Shown one piece after another: positions 47,541 to 56,396 of a stretch of DNA of 64,000 nucleotides. The translations under genes were made by a program, and so were the position numbers. The notes under the pieces are model-generated. The model was not told the DNA's origin and did not search any database. It saw nothing but the letters and a program-made list of their open reading frames with translations. Position 1 is the first letter of the stretch, and every line of letters starts with the position of its first letter. The stretch is from a virus. Location of the stretch: IMG/VR virus record IMGVR_UViG_3300022413_000352, positions 2,903 to 66,902 of that record; one strand, given 5' to 3'.

Positions 47541-48493
47541 TGCGTCAAGGCTTGTCTGGGGAGGCAACGGCACTTATTCGGGAATGGACATCAGCGTGCG
47601 TGATGCCAGCTCGCAAACGACTCTTAGACAGAGGCGGCGGTGCCAACTCAGAAGAGTTGCTGCCGTTCCCTGGTAGCGCCTTGCATGGCGTCATGGGCGA
47701 TATCACCGTGCAAATGGGCAATGACTTTATCCTGTGTGGTCCCCAATCGGATGTGATCATGACGGTGGCGAGAACTGAAGTCGAAGGATTCTTGTCACCC
47801 GGCGGAAACAGTATGAGCCAGATATGGTCATCAGAGCTTAGTATTGCCCCGGCTGAAGTGGTGAAGTTTCTCATCATGCGGGAGGTAAGAAGAGCCAGTG
47901 GGCCAGAAATACAACCCGTATCATTAACGGGGCTCTATGCGACCATGCGTGTCATCACATCGATGAGCGGCGGGATCAAGGATGCAGCGATCGGCACATT
48001 AAATTTACAAGGCGGCGATGTCTTAGCTGGATTAGGTAGCGCGTTGACAGGTGGGGTATCGAGTGCCGTATCTGATCTCGCGGTTTCAGTCCAGGCTCTA
48101 GTTGGAAAAGCACTATTTGTCACTAAGTTTAGCAGTGACATTGTGGGCGTTTTGCAGGCGGTGATCTTGGCTGTTTTCCCATTTGTGGCGCTAGTGGCTC
48201 TAACCCCCGGCAAGCATATCCTTACACTGGTTTCCTACGTTTATTTGCTTGTGGCGATTTACTCAATGCCGTTTGCATGGGCACTTGTAGATCTGCTCTC
48301 TGATATCGCGCTGTCGCAAGCTGGTAGCCTTACCCTTGTTACGAACCCAGTAGTAACCCTTGAAGCAATGGCATCCGCGTTAATCATTGTTACGATAGGG
48401 ACTTGGGTTGCCCTGTTCGGTTTAGCGTTTGCGATTCTACTGCCTATTGCTGGCGGGGCTTCTATGGTAATTCGTGGTGCAAGAGGAGTGTAA
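47537..48493 (+). CDS. TraG_N/VirB6-like polytopic protein, C-terminal part
   Basis: IREWTSACVMPAR; LQAVILAVFPFV..WALVD; several TM helices. Confidence 0.65.
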   Translation: MMRQGLSGEATALIREWTSACVMPARKRLLDRGGGANSEELLPFPGSALHGVMGDITVQMGNDFILCGPQSDVIMTVARTEVEGFLSPGGNSMSQIWSSELSIAPAEVVKFLIMREVRRASGPEIQPVSLTGLYATMRVITSMSGGIKDAAIGTLNLQGGDVLAGLGSALTGGVSSAVSDLAVSVQALVGKALFVTKFSSDIVGVLQAVILAVFPFVALVALTPGKHILTLVSYVYLLVAIYSMPFAWALVDLLSDIALSQAGSLTLVTNPVVTLEAMASALIIVTIGTWVALFGLAFAILLPIAGGASMVIRGARGV

Positions 48494-48495
48494 AA

Positions 48496-48891
48496 ATGTT
48501 GGAACAAAAAACATTCTACGATAAGAATCACACGGCATGGTTGAACCGCCCCGGACCCGCTAGAGGATTCCCATTATGGTGGTTATTTATCTATGCGTTC
48601 ATTCCCGGACAAGTGATCCGCCTGCTACTCAGTCAACCGTTCTGGGTTGGATTGGCGATTTCATCTGTTGTAGCGCTCGCCCTGCTGGTGGTTTGCGCGT
48701 ATGTCAGTTTCGCGTGGCGTGTCAACCAAACGTGCCCCGAATGCCAAACTACGAAAACGAGAGGATATACACGATGTTCAGGTTGTGGTTACCCGTCTTC
48801 ATGGTCGTCGGATTCGTCACAGCCGCAGACGCGCAAGAGTCCTGTGTATTCGCTGGACACGCGATCCCGTGCACGGTTGAAACGAGTGTAA
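48496..48891 (+). CDS. Membrane protein with zinc ribbon
   Basis: GAGGAG RBS; two TM segments; CPEC..CSGC. Confidence 0.55.
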   Translation: MLEQKTFYDKNHTAWLNRPGPARGFPLWWLFIYAFIPGQVIRLLLSQPFWVGLAISSVVALALLVVCAYVSFAWRVNQTCPECQTTKTRGYTRCSGCGYPSSWSSDSSQPQTRKSPVYSLDTRSRARLKRV

Positions 48892-49262
48892 CCACAGGCG
48901 AATCGATTACCCTTGAGCCGATCACTAAAACGGATTGGCAATTCCTTGAGCGTGATATGGCTCGCGACGCCACAGCCTTACACGCTGAACTTTTGAACAA
49001 CACAACGTTAGAGAATGCCAAACGCTATGCGCTATCTGAGATTTACCGACAATACAGGGGCATGCAAGCCATGAAGCTAGCCACCTACGTCCGGGCTCAG
49101 ATCATGGCGCAAATGCGGGCTAAGTACGGCGATCTCGATGAGCTTGGGTTGATTGAAGCGGCAGTAATTGAGTCCGGAATGCCCGTTATCAGTGTCCCCG
49201 ATTTGGTAAAGACGCTGAAGCCTGGTGATCTCATGCGCGCAGGAGTGCCCAATGGTCAGTAG
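48774..49262 (+). CDS. TraF N-terminal-like secreted protein
   Basis: GAGGA RBS; signal peptide; LLNNTTLENAKRY resembles TraF NPT.ENV..Y. Confidence 0.45.
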   Translation: MFRLWLPVFMVVGFVTAADAQESCVFAGHAIPCTVETSVTTGESITLEPITKTDWQFLERDMARDATALHAELLNNTTLENAKRYALSEIYRQYRGMQAMKLATYVRAQIMAQMRAKYGDLDELGLIEAAVIESGMPVISVPDLVKTLKPGDLMRAGVPNGQ

Positions 49263-49692
49263 CTATGTGATAGCCGCGCTCTTAGCTAGCACGTGTCCAA
49301 CCGTACCGCATGAACTTGTCCACGCCATTGTAGCAGTTGAATCCTCAGGCGATCCCTACGTGCTGAATGTTGGCGTTGGGAGTACCTGGAAAGCGTATCG
49401 CTTCGATGACATTGACGATGCAAAGGTGTTTTTACAGGCGGCGTTGCAAGTTACTCAAAACGTCGATATCGGGTTGATGCAAGTGAATTGGAAGTGGTGG
49501 GGTAAACATATTGGAGTTACGGCTAGCGAGTTACTCGACGTACCCACGAACCTGCGGGTGGGGTGCGATATCCTCAGTCGGGAATTAGCGGGTAAGGGTC
49601 CATTGTGGCAAAGGATTGGGCGTTACCATAGCCGTACGCCATGGCGGAATGAACAGTATGCGTTAAAGGTGATTCATGAGACGATCCGCTAG
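49252..49692 (+). CDS. Lytic transglycosylase (VirB1-like SLT)
   Basis: AIVAVESSG; DIGLMQVN; NLRVGCDIL; IGRYHS. Confidence 0.9.
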   Translation: MVSSYVIAALLASTCPTVPHELVHAIVAVESSGDPYVLNVGVGSTWKAYRFDDIDDAKVFLQAALQVTQNVDIGLMQVNWKWWGKHIGVTASELLDVPTNLRVGCDILSRELAGKGPLWQRIGRYHSRTPWRNEQYALKVIHETIR

Positions 49693-50656
49693 TCTGTTAA
49701 CCCTGATACTGTGCCTATCCAGTAACGCATATGCTCAGTTGGACTTCACCACGCTGATTAATCCCGCGTGTGCTGACTTCAAAGTGTTGGGCAGTTGCTC
49801 TTGTACCAATGTCCTACAGTTTGACCAGGTTTGCACCCGTGTGTCTTACCATCAGCCAAAACTACTTATTGAGACGGTTCCAATCCCCGGTGATACCTAT
49901 TTAGGCGGCATCCTTTCGCCCGCATTGCTTGTCGGACTTGTGACAGCTGGCGAAGCTCTGGCGTTTGCCGGTGGATCGGGTGCTGCACCGCTTGACTCTG
50001 GGCACAACCAACTGAGCTTTAGAGAAGCCCATGTATTCACAATCCCGCCAATCTTCCCGTATGGGTGTAACGCTTGTGATGAACAAGGTGAGCCAGAGCC
50101 GACTACCGTCACCTTAAACTACGCATCCGAATTGGACTTTCCAAACTGGCGTTATTTACCTGACGGAATCGCTCAACCACTGCCAATCGCTGGCTTATCT
50201 CTCGCCGGTGTTTGGGGTAGTTTGTACCCACGGACGGGTAAATCAGCCCACGATAGTCCCCCGGTTGCTGCTGCATTAATGGCATGGCGAGCTGCAACAA
50301 TCGCCTACAACCCAGCGCCAGGACCAGGAGGTATTGTACCTCATACAGTCCTCCAACCCGCTATTGGCATTCCCCCTGTCTGCTTTCAGTGCGCTAAGCC
50401 AACGCTTTCCAAGTGTGGATTGGTAGGAATGAACCCGTTGCACTGGCAGCTTGAGAAAGTTGAACCACGGGGGCGCAACGTTTTCATTCTATGGGAAAGG
50501 CGCATTTGCTGTGTCGATCCATCCACGGCAGCATGCGGGCTTGCAGGGCTTGCGGTAACTGGTGGGGGTGCTGATAATTTTTGTGACATTCCATATGACC
50601 CCGTATTCGGTATTGTCCCCGGTATGCCCATAGATATCCCATTCGATGGGCACTAA
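49676..50656 (+). CDS. traU: TraU-like protein
   Basis: Signal peptide; Cys-rich; VSYHQP..IETV; YASELD..WR; WGSLYPRTG; ILWER..CC. Confidence 0.75.
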   Translation: MRRSASLLTLILCLSSNAYAQLDFTTLINPACADFKVLGSCSCTNVLQFDQVCTRVSYHQPKLLIETVPIPGDTYLGGILSPALLVGLVTAGEALAFAGGSGAAPLDSGHNQLSFREAHVFTIPPIFPYGCNACDEQGEPEPTTVTLNYASELDFPNWRYLPDGIAQPLPIAGLSLAGVWGSLYPRTGKSAHDSPPVAAALMAWRAATIAYNPAPGPGGIVPHTVLQPAIGIPPVCFQCAKPTLSKCGLVGMNPLHWQLEKVEPRGRNVFILWERRICCVDPSTAACGLAGLAVTGGGADNFCDIPYDPVFGIVPGMPIDIPFDGH

Positions 50657-50999
50657 TGTGAACCCAATACAAGCCATATTCACAGAGAAATACAGCCACC
50701 TAGTAGCTCTCTCAGGCGCACGACTCACGCTGCTTATCCCTTACCTGTGGTTCTTGTTACTTGTGGTTATCGTCGGTGGATACGAGGGCAATGACTGGCG
50801 CAGACAACGACTTTATGCGGGCTACTACCGCTTGATCTTAGCCACTGCCACCATACTCTTTGTGGGTATGCTAGTCGCACTCGGAGCATGGTTAATTATG
50901 CCCAGTCTGATGCAGCCACACATAACAGCCATTGGCTTAGCTGTAATCGGGTTTGCACTCGGTTGGACAGCAATGGCTGGGCGTCCGGTAATGAGGTAA
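50646..50999 (+). CDS. Conjugation-associated membrane protein (DUF4400-like)
   Basis: Three TM segments; GGYEG..RR; directly upstream of traD. Confidence 0.45.
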   Translation: MGTNVNPIQAIFTEKYSHLVALSGARLTLLIPYLWFLLLVVIVGGYEGNDWRRQRLYAGYYRLILATATILFVGMLVALGAWLIMPSLMQPHITAIGLAVIGFALGWTAMAGRPVMR

Positions 51000-51001
51000 A
51001 A

Positions 51002-52789
51002 ATGTCCATTACAATCCCGTTTCCCAATCGTCAACTGTTAATCGAGTTTGGCTTTATCATTGCAGTGTGTGCGATCGCATTCATAGTTGTACTGCCGATG
51101 CTCGATGTCTTTCCTTACGGACATGCATTCTTCATTGCTTGGCTATTCTGGAGAGCACACTGGGTCGCTAAACAACTACTGATGCGCGGTAGCTGGATGA
51201 ACCCGCAATCAGCCAAACCGTTACCCGTTAAACCCAACCCAAATGGCATTGTACTCGGCGATGGTTTTACTTGGACAGGTGACCACGTGGACGCTATTCA
51301 GCGCTATGTGCATGTCGCCAAATCGCTACCACAAGATGATGGTAAGCGCGGTGGATCGCCTGCGATTCACGGCTGCGGTTCTCACCGCGATCGCTCAGTC
51401 ATTTTGCCCTATGAACGGCTGCGTAGTCACGTGGCTATTGAGGGCTCAACCCAGAGCGGAAAGACGGTGCTACTCGCCAACATGATTAGCCAAGCCATTG
51501 CGATTAACCAGGGTGCGGTAGTTATCATGGATCCAAAAGGTAGCGATCAGCTCTACTACACGGCAAAGGCAATGGCTGAACGCTGTGGGCGCAAGTTCGC
51601 GTTAATTCGCCCGCGAACACCCTTGCTTAGTTCTCGGTTTAACGTGTTATCGTCATGCGAGGAAGCTGTTGATATGCCGGGGCGGTTGCGCCCGATCTTC
51701 CCTGAAGGCCGTGAAGCGTATTTCAAGGAAGAACCGTTATCCATTTGGCTGAGAGTCGCTGCTATGCACAAGGCGCTGGGGATCACATGGGATATTCGCG
51801 ATATCCATAACGCCGTGATGGATTTAGACACGCTACGCTGGACACTGGCGCAGTATATGGCGCTCAAAGGCATTGGCTTTAGAGGATTACGCCGTACAGA
51901 TATGCCCGACGTTGATATGCTGAAAAATAAGTATGTCGAGATGGGAAAAGACGATCCGTTAATTCCCGGTATTCTGCGGCCGCTAACCCGTAAACAAGAA
52001 ACTCATCAAGAGCGCTGCGGCAACTTAGACGTCGCGCTTAGTGGTGTGGTGGACATCGAGCACGCTGAAATATTTGGAGCACAAGACGCACTCACTTGGC
52101 GGGACATTGACGAGGGCAACATGGTTGTAATCTTTCGCACCGATTCACTCGTCACCCAACAGATCGGGCGCAACATCGCGTCTCTGTTCTTCCAGGATTT
52201 CATGGGCTATATGGGGCTGCGGTACCTCACGAGCGGAACCAGTCGTATTCCAATTACAATGTTCGTTGATGAAGTTGGCGAGATCGTTTATCCCGACTTT
52301 CGGCAAGCAATCAATAAGGTGGGTGAGGCCGGTGGGCGTCTTATCCTCACATGGCAAACTAAATCCGATCTGGATGCCACGCTTGGGAAGTTCCAGGCGG
52401 ATGTGATCCGGGCGAATTGTCAATCGCGGATCACCATGCGGATTGCGGATGATGAGACCGCCGATATTCTATCGAGACAATCACCTAAAGTTCGAGTAAC
52501 TCGGCTTACAGGTAACCGATCCATGTTGATGGGATCAAACTCTGGTAAGGGTATATCTGTCGAGCACGAGGATGTGCCTCTACTCGAAGCAAACATTTTA
52601 CAAGGGCAACAGGTAGGGCAAGGATTCTTCAGATTAGATGGATCGCTATTCCATTTTAATATTCCATTTTCTGAAAGTGAGGTACCCAATGACTCAACGC
52701 CTACTAATAGTTTTAGTTACTCTATTTGTACTCAGTGCTTGCAGTGGCTCAGGTGGTTTGGACGATCAAGACTTTCCTCAAACTCGTGA
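51002..52789 (+). CDS. traD: Type IV coupling protein (TraD)
   Basis: N-terminal TMs; LGDGFTW..GSPAIHG; Walker A GSTQSGKT; IMDPKG; FVDEVGE..INKVGEAG..WQTKSDL. Confidence 0.88.
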   Translation: MSITIPFPNRQLLIEFGFIIAVCAIAFIVVLPMLDVFPYGHAFFIAWLFWRAHWVAKQLLMRGSWMNPQSAKPLPVKPNPNGIVLGDGFTWTGDHVDAIQRYVHVAKSLPQDDGKRGGSPAIHGCGSHRDRSVILPYERLRSHVAIEGSTQSGKTVLLANMISQAIAINQGAVVIMDPKGSDQLYYTAKAMAERCGRKFALIRPRTPLLSSRFNVLSSCEEAVDMPGRLRPIFPEGREAYFKEEPLSIWLRVAAMHKALGITWDIRDIHNAVMDLDTLRWTLAQYMALKGIGFRGLRRTDMPDVDMLKNKYVEMGKDDPLIPGILRPLTRKQETHQERCGNLDVALSGVVDIEHAEIFGAQDALTWRDIDEGNMVVIFRTDSLVTQQIGRNIASLFFQDFMGYMGLRYLTSGTSRIPITMFVDEVGEIVYPDFRQAINKVGEAGGRLILTWQTKSDLDATLGKFQADVIRANCQSRITMRIADDETADILSRQSPKVRVTRLTGNRSMLMGSNSGKGISVEHEDVPLLEANILQGQQVGQGFFRLDGSLFHFNIPFSESEVPNDSTPTNSFSYSICTQCLQWLRWFGRSRLSSNS

Positions 52790-53084
52790 GCAAGAGTTTG
52801 CTGAGGAAGCGCTGTTTCGTGCGCTGGATCGGGTTGAAGTAAGTTGCGAAGTTGTAAGCTGTCACGGTGATGGAATTCATACAGAAGTGGTTGATCTTGT
52901 TTTCAACAATATCAATGCGACGTGCCAGCAACGCTGCATGCGAGTCGAAGTCGCCGGAGAAGAGCCGCGACACTATTATGCATGGTTGGTGTGGCGGCGG
53001 ATTCCAAATACCTGCTACCACGCTGAAAAGTATGAGGTTCTGTTGATGAAAGAAGTACCTGTAATCTGTGTCGAAACACACTGA
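52689..53084 (+). CDS. Lipoprotein at the end of the tra operon (entry-exclusion candidate)
   Basis: GAGG RBS; LFVLSAC lipobox; TC..RC..RHY..WRR. Confidence 0.65.
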   Translation: MTQRLLIVLVTLFVLSACSGSGGLDDQDFPQTREQEFAEEALFRALDRVEVSCEVVSCHGDGIHTEVVDLVFNNINATCQQRCMRVEVAGEEPRHYYAWLVWRRIPNTCYHAEKYEVLLMKEVPVICVETH

Positions 53085-53092
53085 GATGGTAT

Positions 53093-53581
53093 TTATCTAT
53101 GATAATGATCATAATGCGGGGGATCAATATAGTCGGGTTCTTTTACTTTTGGGTTTGGGTACAGAGGATGGATTATAGTATCTTTAGTAGTTTTTTGATT
53201 AGCAGGCTTTACATTGATTTTTGGTAACTTATAATACGGATCGTATTCCTCAATACGAAAGGGTCTATTTATTATTCTCGGTTTATAAGTCTCAAGGTGG
53301 AACTCTTTCTGCTTAACTTGTATTTCAGTTACAGCTTTTAACACATCATATTGGAATTCATCCACTTTATCAGCCAACCGGTTGACTTGATGATTCAGCC
53401 TTGCGATAGCATTACGAAGTTCAACGATCTCATGCGTTCGCACTGCCCCAGCGTGTGGCTGTAAATTGTGATTTTGCAGTAGTATCCAAGTAGCGGTGAG
53501 GGGTAACCCTAAGATTGGAAGAAGCCAGCCGACAAGTGATTTCCAACTAACCGGGGAATTCCCGCCGCCGGTAGCAACCAT
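53093..53581 (-). CDS. Membrane-anchored coiled-coil protein
   Basis: N-terminal TM then heptads; GGAGG RBS; last gene of the head operon. Confidence 0.5.
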   Translation of the reverse strand: MVATGGGNSPVSWKSLVGWLLPILGLPLTATWILLQNHNLQPHAGAVRTHEIVELRNAIARLNHQVNRLADKVDEFQYDVLKAVTEIQVKQKEFHLETYKPRIINRPFRIEEYDPYYKLPKINVKPANQKTTKDTIIHPLYPNPKVKEPDYIDPPHYDHYHR

Positions 53582-53599
53582 ACGGCTACCTCCAACTGT

Positions 53600-53884
53600 T
53601 TAAGATGTATCTTGAACGCTGAAAACGACCCAACCCCCTTGTTCATAGAGGGGTACATCATGTTCGGGAATCAATACAAAGCCGCGCCCTTGCCCGACGC
53701 GCTCACGATATGCCGCGAGTGACTTGGTATCGGTGTAGCTGATTAGAGTTTTACTGTCCATGTCCCCATAGTAAGCGGGATCAGCACTTTCAGACTTTGG
53801 GCACCAAATAGACGCGATTTGCTCTTCTAGGCTGAGTTTCGCTGGCTCCATAAGACATATCTCCCGCTCGCGTTGTCCTTCCAC
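53600..53884 (-). CDS. Hypothetical protein
   Basis: Coupled ORF after the capsid gene. Confidence 0.45.
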   Translation of the reverse strand: MEGQREREICLMEPAKLSLEEQIASIWCPKSESADPAYYGDMDSKTLISYTDTKSLAAYRERVGQGRGFVLIPEHDVPLYEQGGWVVFSVQDTS

Positions 53885-54165
53885 TCTCGCGCAGTTATTT
53901 CGATCATGACGCGCCTACCCCGACGGTTTGAATCGTAGACCTCAACCCGTCCATTACGATTTAGAGGCACTTCAGGCTCGACAGACGCCTGATACGCCTC
54001 AACAATCGTTTCAGTTGGTGGCTCGACGTGAACCACCGGCTCTGAAGTATCCTTATCTTCCCACCGGGTATGTACCTTGGAATTAAAGTCGGTCAGATTA
54101 ATTGAAACCCGACCGACAGATGAATCCCAAGGGCATACCACAGCGATAGTTTCAAGCTGTGGCAT
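53827..54165 (-). CDS. Hypothetical capsid-associated protein
   Basis: Directly downstream of the major capsid gene; INLTDF..H pattern. Confidence 0.5.
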   Translation of the reverse strand: MPQLETIAVVCPWDSSVGRVSINLTDFNSKVHTRWEDKDTSEPVVHVEPPTETIVEAYQASVEPEVPLNRNGRVEVYDSNRRGRRVMIEITAREWKDNASGRYVLWSQRNSA

Positions 54166-54174
54166 TTAACTTCC

Positions 54175-55335
54175 TTAGCTAGTCGGATAAACCCTCACGG
54201 CCATTTTCTCGTTGAGGACTTTCACGCCGTAGAAAACATCGAGGACCATAACCTCACGACTGAGAGCGCCGTCCAGGTATCGCCACGCTCTTACCGACAT
54301 GCCTGACTGAGGATCTACAGCGGTAAAACTATTTGCCGCTACAGACGGTCCTGGAAGGTTAGCGAAAGCGATCGCCATACTATGTTCGTGGAACATGAGC
54401 GAGTTCAGACGACCGGCTGTATCCACGTAGTCCGTAAACGTAACAACCGGATCGCCAGTCGTAGCCACTGCCAGAGGTGGACTGAACGTAATAGTAAGGG
54501 AAGTGGTTGCAACGGTGGCGTCAGCCGTTAGCACGTAGCGCGTTGTATCACCTGCGATTGCGAAGTTGTCACCCTTTTTAAACGCTTGGGTATCCGTCAT
54601 GGCAGCCACAACCATAGTGGTCGCTCCTGCCGCCGTGTCCGGTGCTGTTCCAGCCACATCACCGCCACCGCTACCAGTCCCGGGGGTAAATGTCGGTACT
54701 TGTTGGCTACTGAAAACCTCAGTATTGAAACGAGTGCCCAGAGTACCACGCATCAACGGACCTGTTGCAGCCGCACCCGCGTTGTTCTGGCTTGACCAAA
54801 ACGGCGCTTTGAGCATGGAAGCTTCCATTTGGGAATCGATCATGTAATGGAAACGACCGGGCTCGTCGATATCCACCGCGTTATCGCGAAGGATTTTACG
54901 GGGCAGTAGAATCTCATCTTCATCGATATTCGCTGAGGCGTAACCGTGAACGTAGGGAATATCAAGATAGAGATCGCGTAGTGAGGTATCGATTGCCAAA
55001 CCCAACGCATAAGCCGCAGGAGCGATATGATCTTGAATCACTGACTCGCCCGTGATCGCTAATTCGTTATGAGGCACGGCAAACCGCACTTCTTTAAACT
55101 GATCGATTACAATATTGATCGAACTCGGCGTGAGATCAACCACGCTGCCAGGGGCGGATTGCGCTGTGAACGTTCCGGGCTTGCGAATCTGGATCGTATC
55201 GCCAAGATTGACCGCACGACGTTCGAGGTCATAACCACGATGCACACGCGCTGCCATGCCTAAAACATTACGTAAATGTCTTAGAGATTCCATGGCGTAG
55301 AATATAGGATTATAGGGCGAAATTGTATTTGCCAT
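54175..55335 (-). CDS. Major capsid protein (P22 coat-like)
   Basis: MAN..LRNVLGMA..V.R.Y..GDTIQIRKP; IAPAAYAL..ID; FHEHSMAIA; DVFYGVK. Confidence 0.88.
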   Translation of the reverse strand: MANTISPYNPIFYAMESLRHLRNVLGMAARVHRGYDLERRAVNLGDTIQIRKPGTFTAQSAPGSVVDLTPSSINIVIDQFKEVRFAVPHNELAITGESVIQDHIAPAAYALGLAIDTSLRDLYLDIPYVHGYASANIDEDEILLPRKILRDNAVDIDEPGRFHYMIDSQMEASMLKAPFWSSQNNAGAAATGPLMRGTLGTRFNTEVFSSQQVPTFTPGTGSGGGDVAGTAPDTAAGATTMVVAAMTDTQAFKKGDNFAIAGDTTRYVLTADATVATTSLTITFSPPLAVATTGDPVVTFTDYVDTAGRLNSLMFHEHSMAIAFANLPGPSVAANSFTAVDPQSGMSVRAWRYLDGALSREVMVLDVFYGVKVLNEKMAVRVYPTS

Positions 55336-55370
55336 GAGGGCACCTATGCGGTTTAGTGATTGAATATAAC

Positions 55371-55484
55371 CAGCTTACGGACACCGCGCTGATAGTGTCT
55401 GAAAATCGGCCTATCCACGGACACCGCGATAGGTGTGGACTGAACGGACGGTGGAACAACTGGGGTCACGGACACCGCAACCCC
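55371..55484 (-). promoter_or_regulatory. Three hairpins with invariant GCGGTGTCCGT core in the capsid mRNA leader
   Basis: ACGGACACCGC at 55377, 55417 and 55468, each closed by a different complementary stem. Confidence 0.7.
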
Positions 55485-55541
55485 AATCGTTGAAAATCCC
55501 ACCTTAACTATATTTTACTCAAACGTTGTAATTATATCAAC

Positions 55542-56393
55542 TTAGCCGTTTGGCATGGCGATATTCACTTCGCCAGACATGACCCGATCCCGGACTTGCT
55601 CGTAGTCTGCAAGATTGCCAACCTGCTCACCTGGAATCGTCCAGGTGCCAGATGAGTCAAGGTGACCATTCTGGACGCTGCCTGAACCAACCGATTCCTT
55701 CAGTGACCAGGGCGACGATGAAACAAAGTTGGCGACGTATTCCTCCATACTGATCCGCTCTTGGTCTTTGCCATATAAGGGCATCTCACCCTCGTATGCG
55801 TTTGGCTTCATATCGTCGCCCTCGATACGCCAGGGCTTAGCCAGAGAGCCAACCAGATGATCCACCAACTCATCACGCACATGTTGTTTGTGTAACTCGT
55901 TCGCCAGCCGCTCATTGATACTCAACTCGGCATGTTTACTCATAAGCGACTCATAGCGAGAGTCCTTCTGCTGACTTGCTTGGTTTGCGGCTTCAAGTCG
56001 GTGCTCAAGATCGGCGATCGCGTTCCGGTATTTCATCTCAGCGGCTTCGGCGTGTTTGCCTTCGGATAAAAGCCGCTCTTGCTCAAGCTGATCTTTCTGA
56101 GCCCGCAGAGCCTCAAGCTCGCCCATCGCTTCCCGTGCTTTATCGGGATCGATACCGTCAAACCCAGCCATCTTGTCTTGATACCCCTTCAGCTCACCCT
56201 GCATCTGATCAATACGCCGCTGCCGGGCGGCACGTTCCGCTTTTTCGTTACTCAATACGTTATTCAGTTTGTCGATGTCGGTATACTGATCACTGAGCCG
56301 GACTACCCCAGACGTACCGTTAACAAACTCATACATCTCACGAAAGGGCTCAGGGACTTGGTCAAGGCTATCGAATTGTTCTGGTAGTGCCAT
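55542..56393 (-). CDS. Capsid scaffolding protein
   Basis: SLDQVPEPFREMY; coiled coil; FDGIDPDKAR; GSGS; position before the capsid gene. Confidence 0.75.
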   Translation of the reverse strand: MALPEQFDSLDQVPEPFREMYEFVNGTSGVVRLSDQYTDIDKLNNVLSNEKAERAARQRRIDQMQGELKGYQDKMAGFDGIDPDKAREAMGELEALRAQKDQLEQERLLSEGKHAEAAEMKYRNAIADLEHRLEAANQASQQKDSRYESLMSKHAELSINERLANELHKQHVRDELVDHLVGSLAKPWRIEGDDMKPNAYEGEMPLYGKDQERISMEEYVANFVSSSPWSLKESVGSGSVQNGHLDSSGTWTIPGEQVGNLADYEQVRDRVMSGEVNIAMPNG

Positions 56394-56396
56394 ACT

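Noticed and set aside
55371-55484. Three short direct repeats as a mini-CRISPR
   Set aside because: Only 11 bp are conserved, spacing is irregular, and flanks pair as stems
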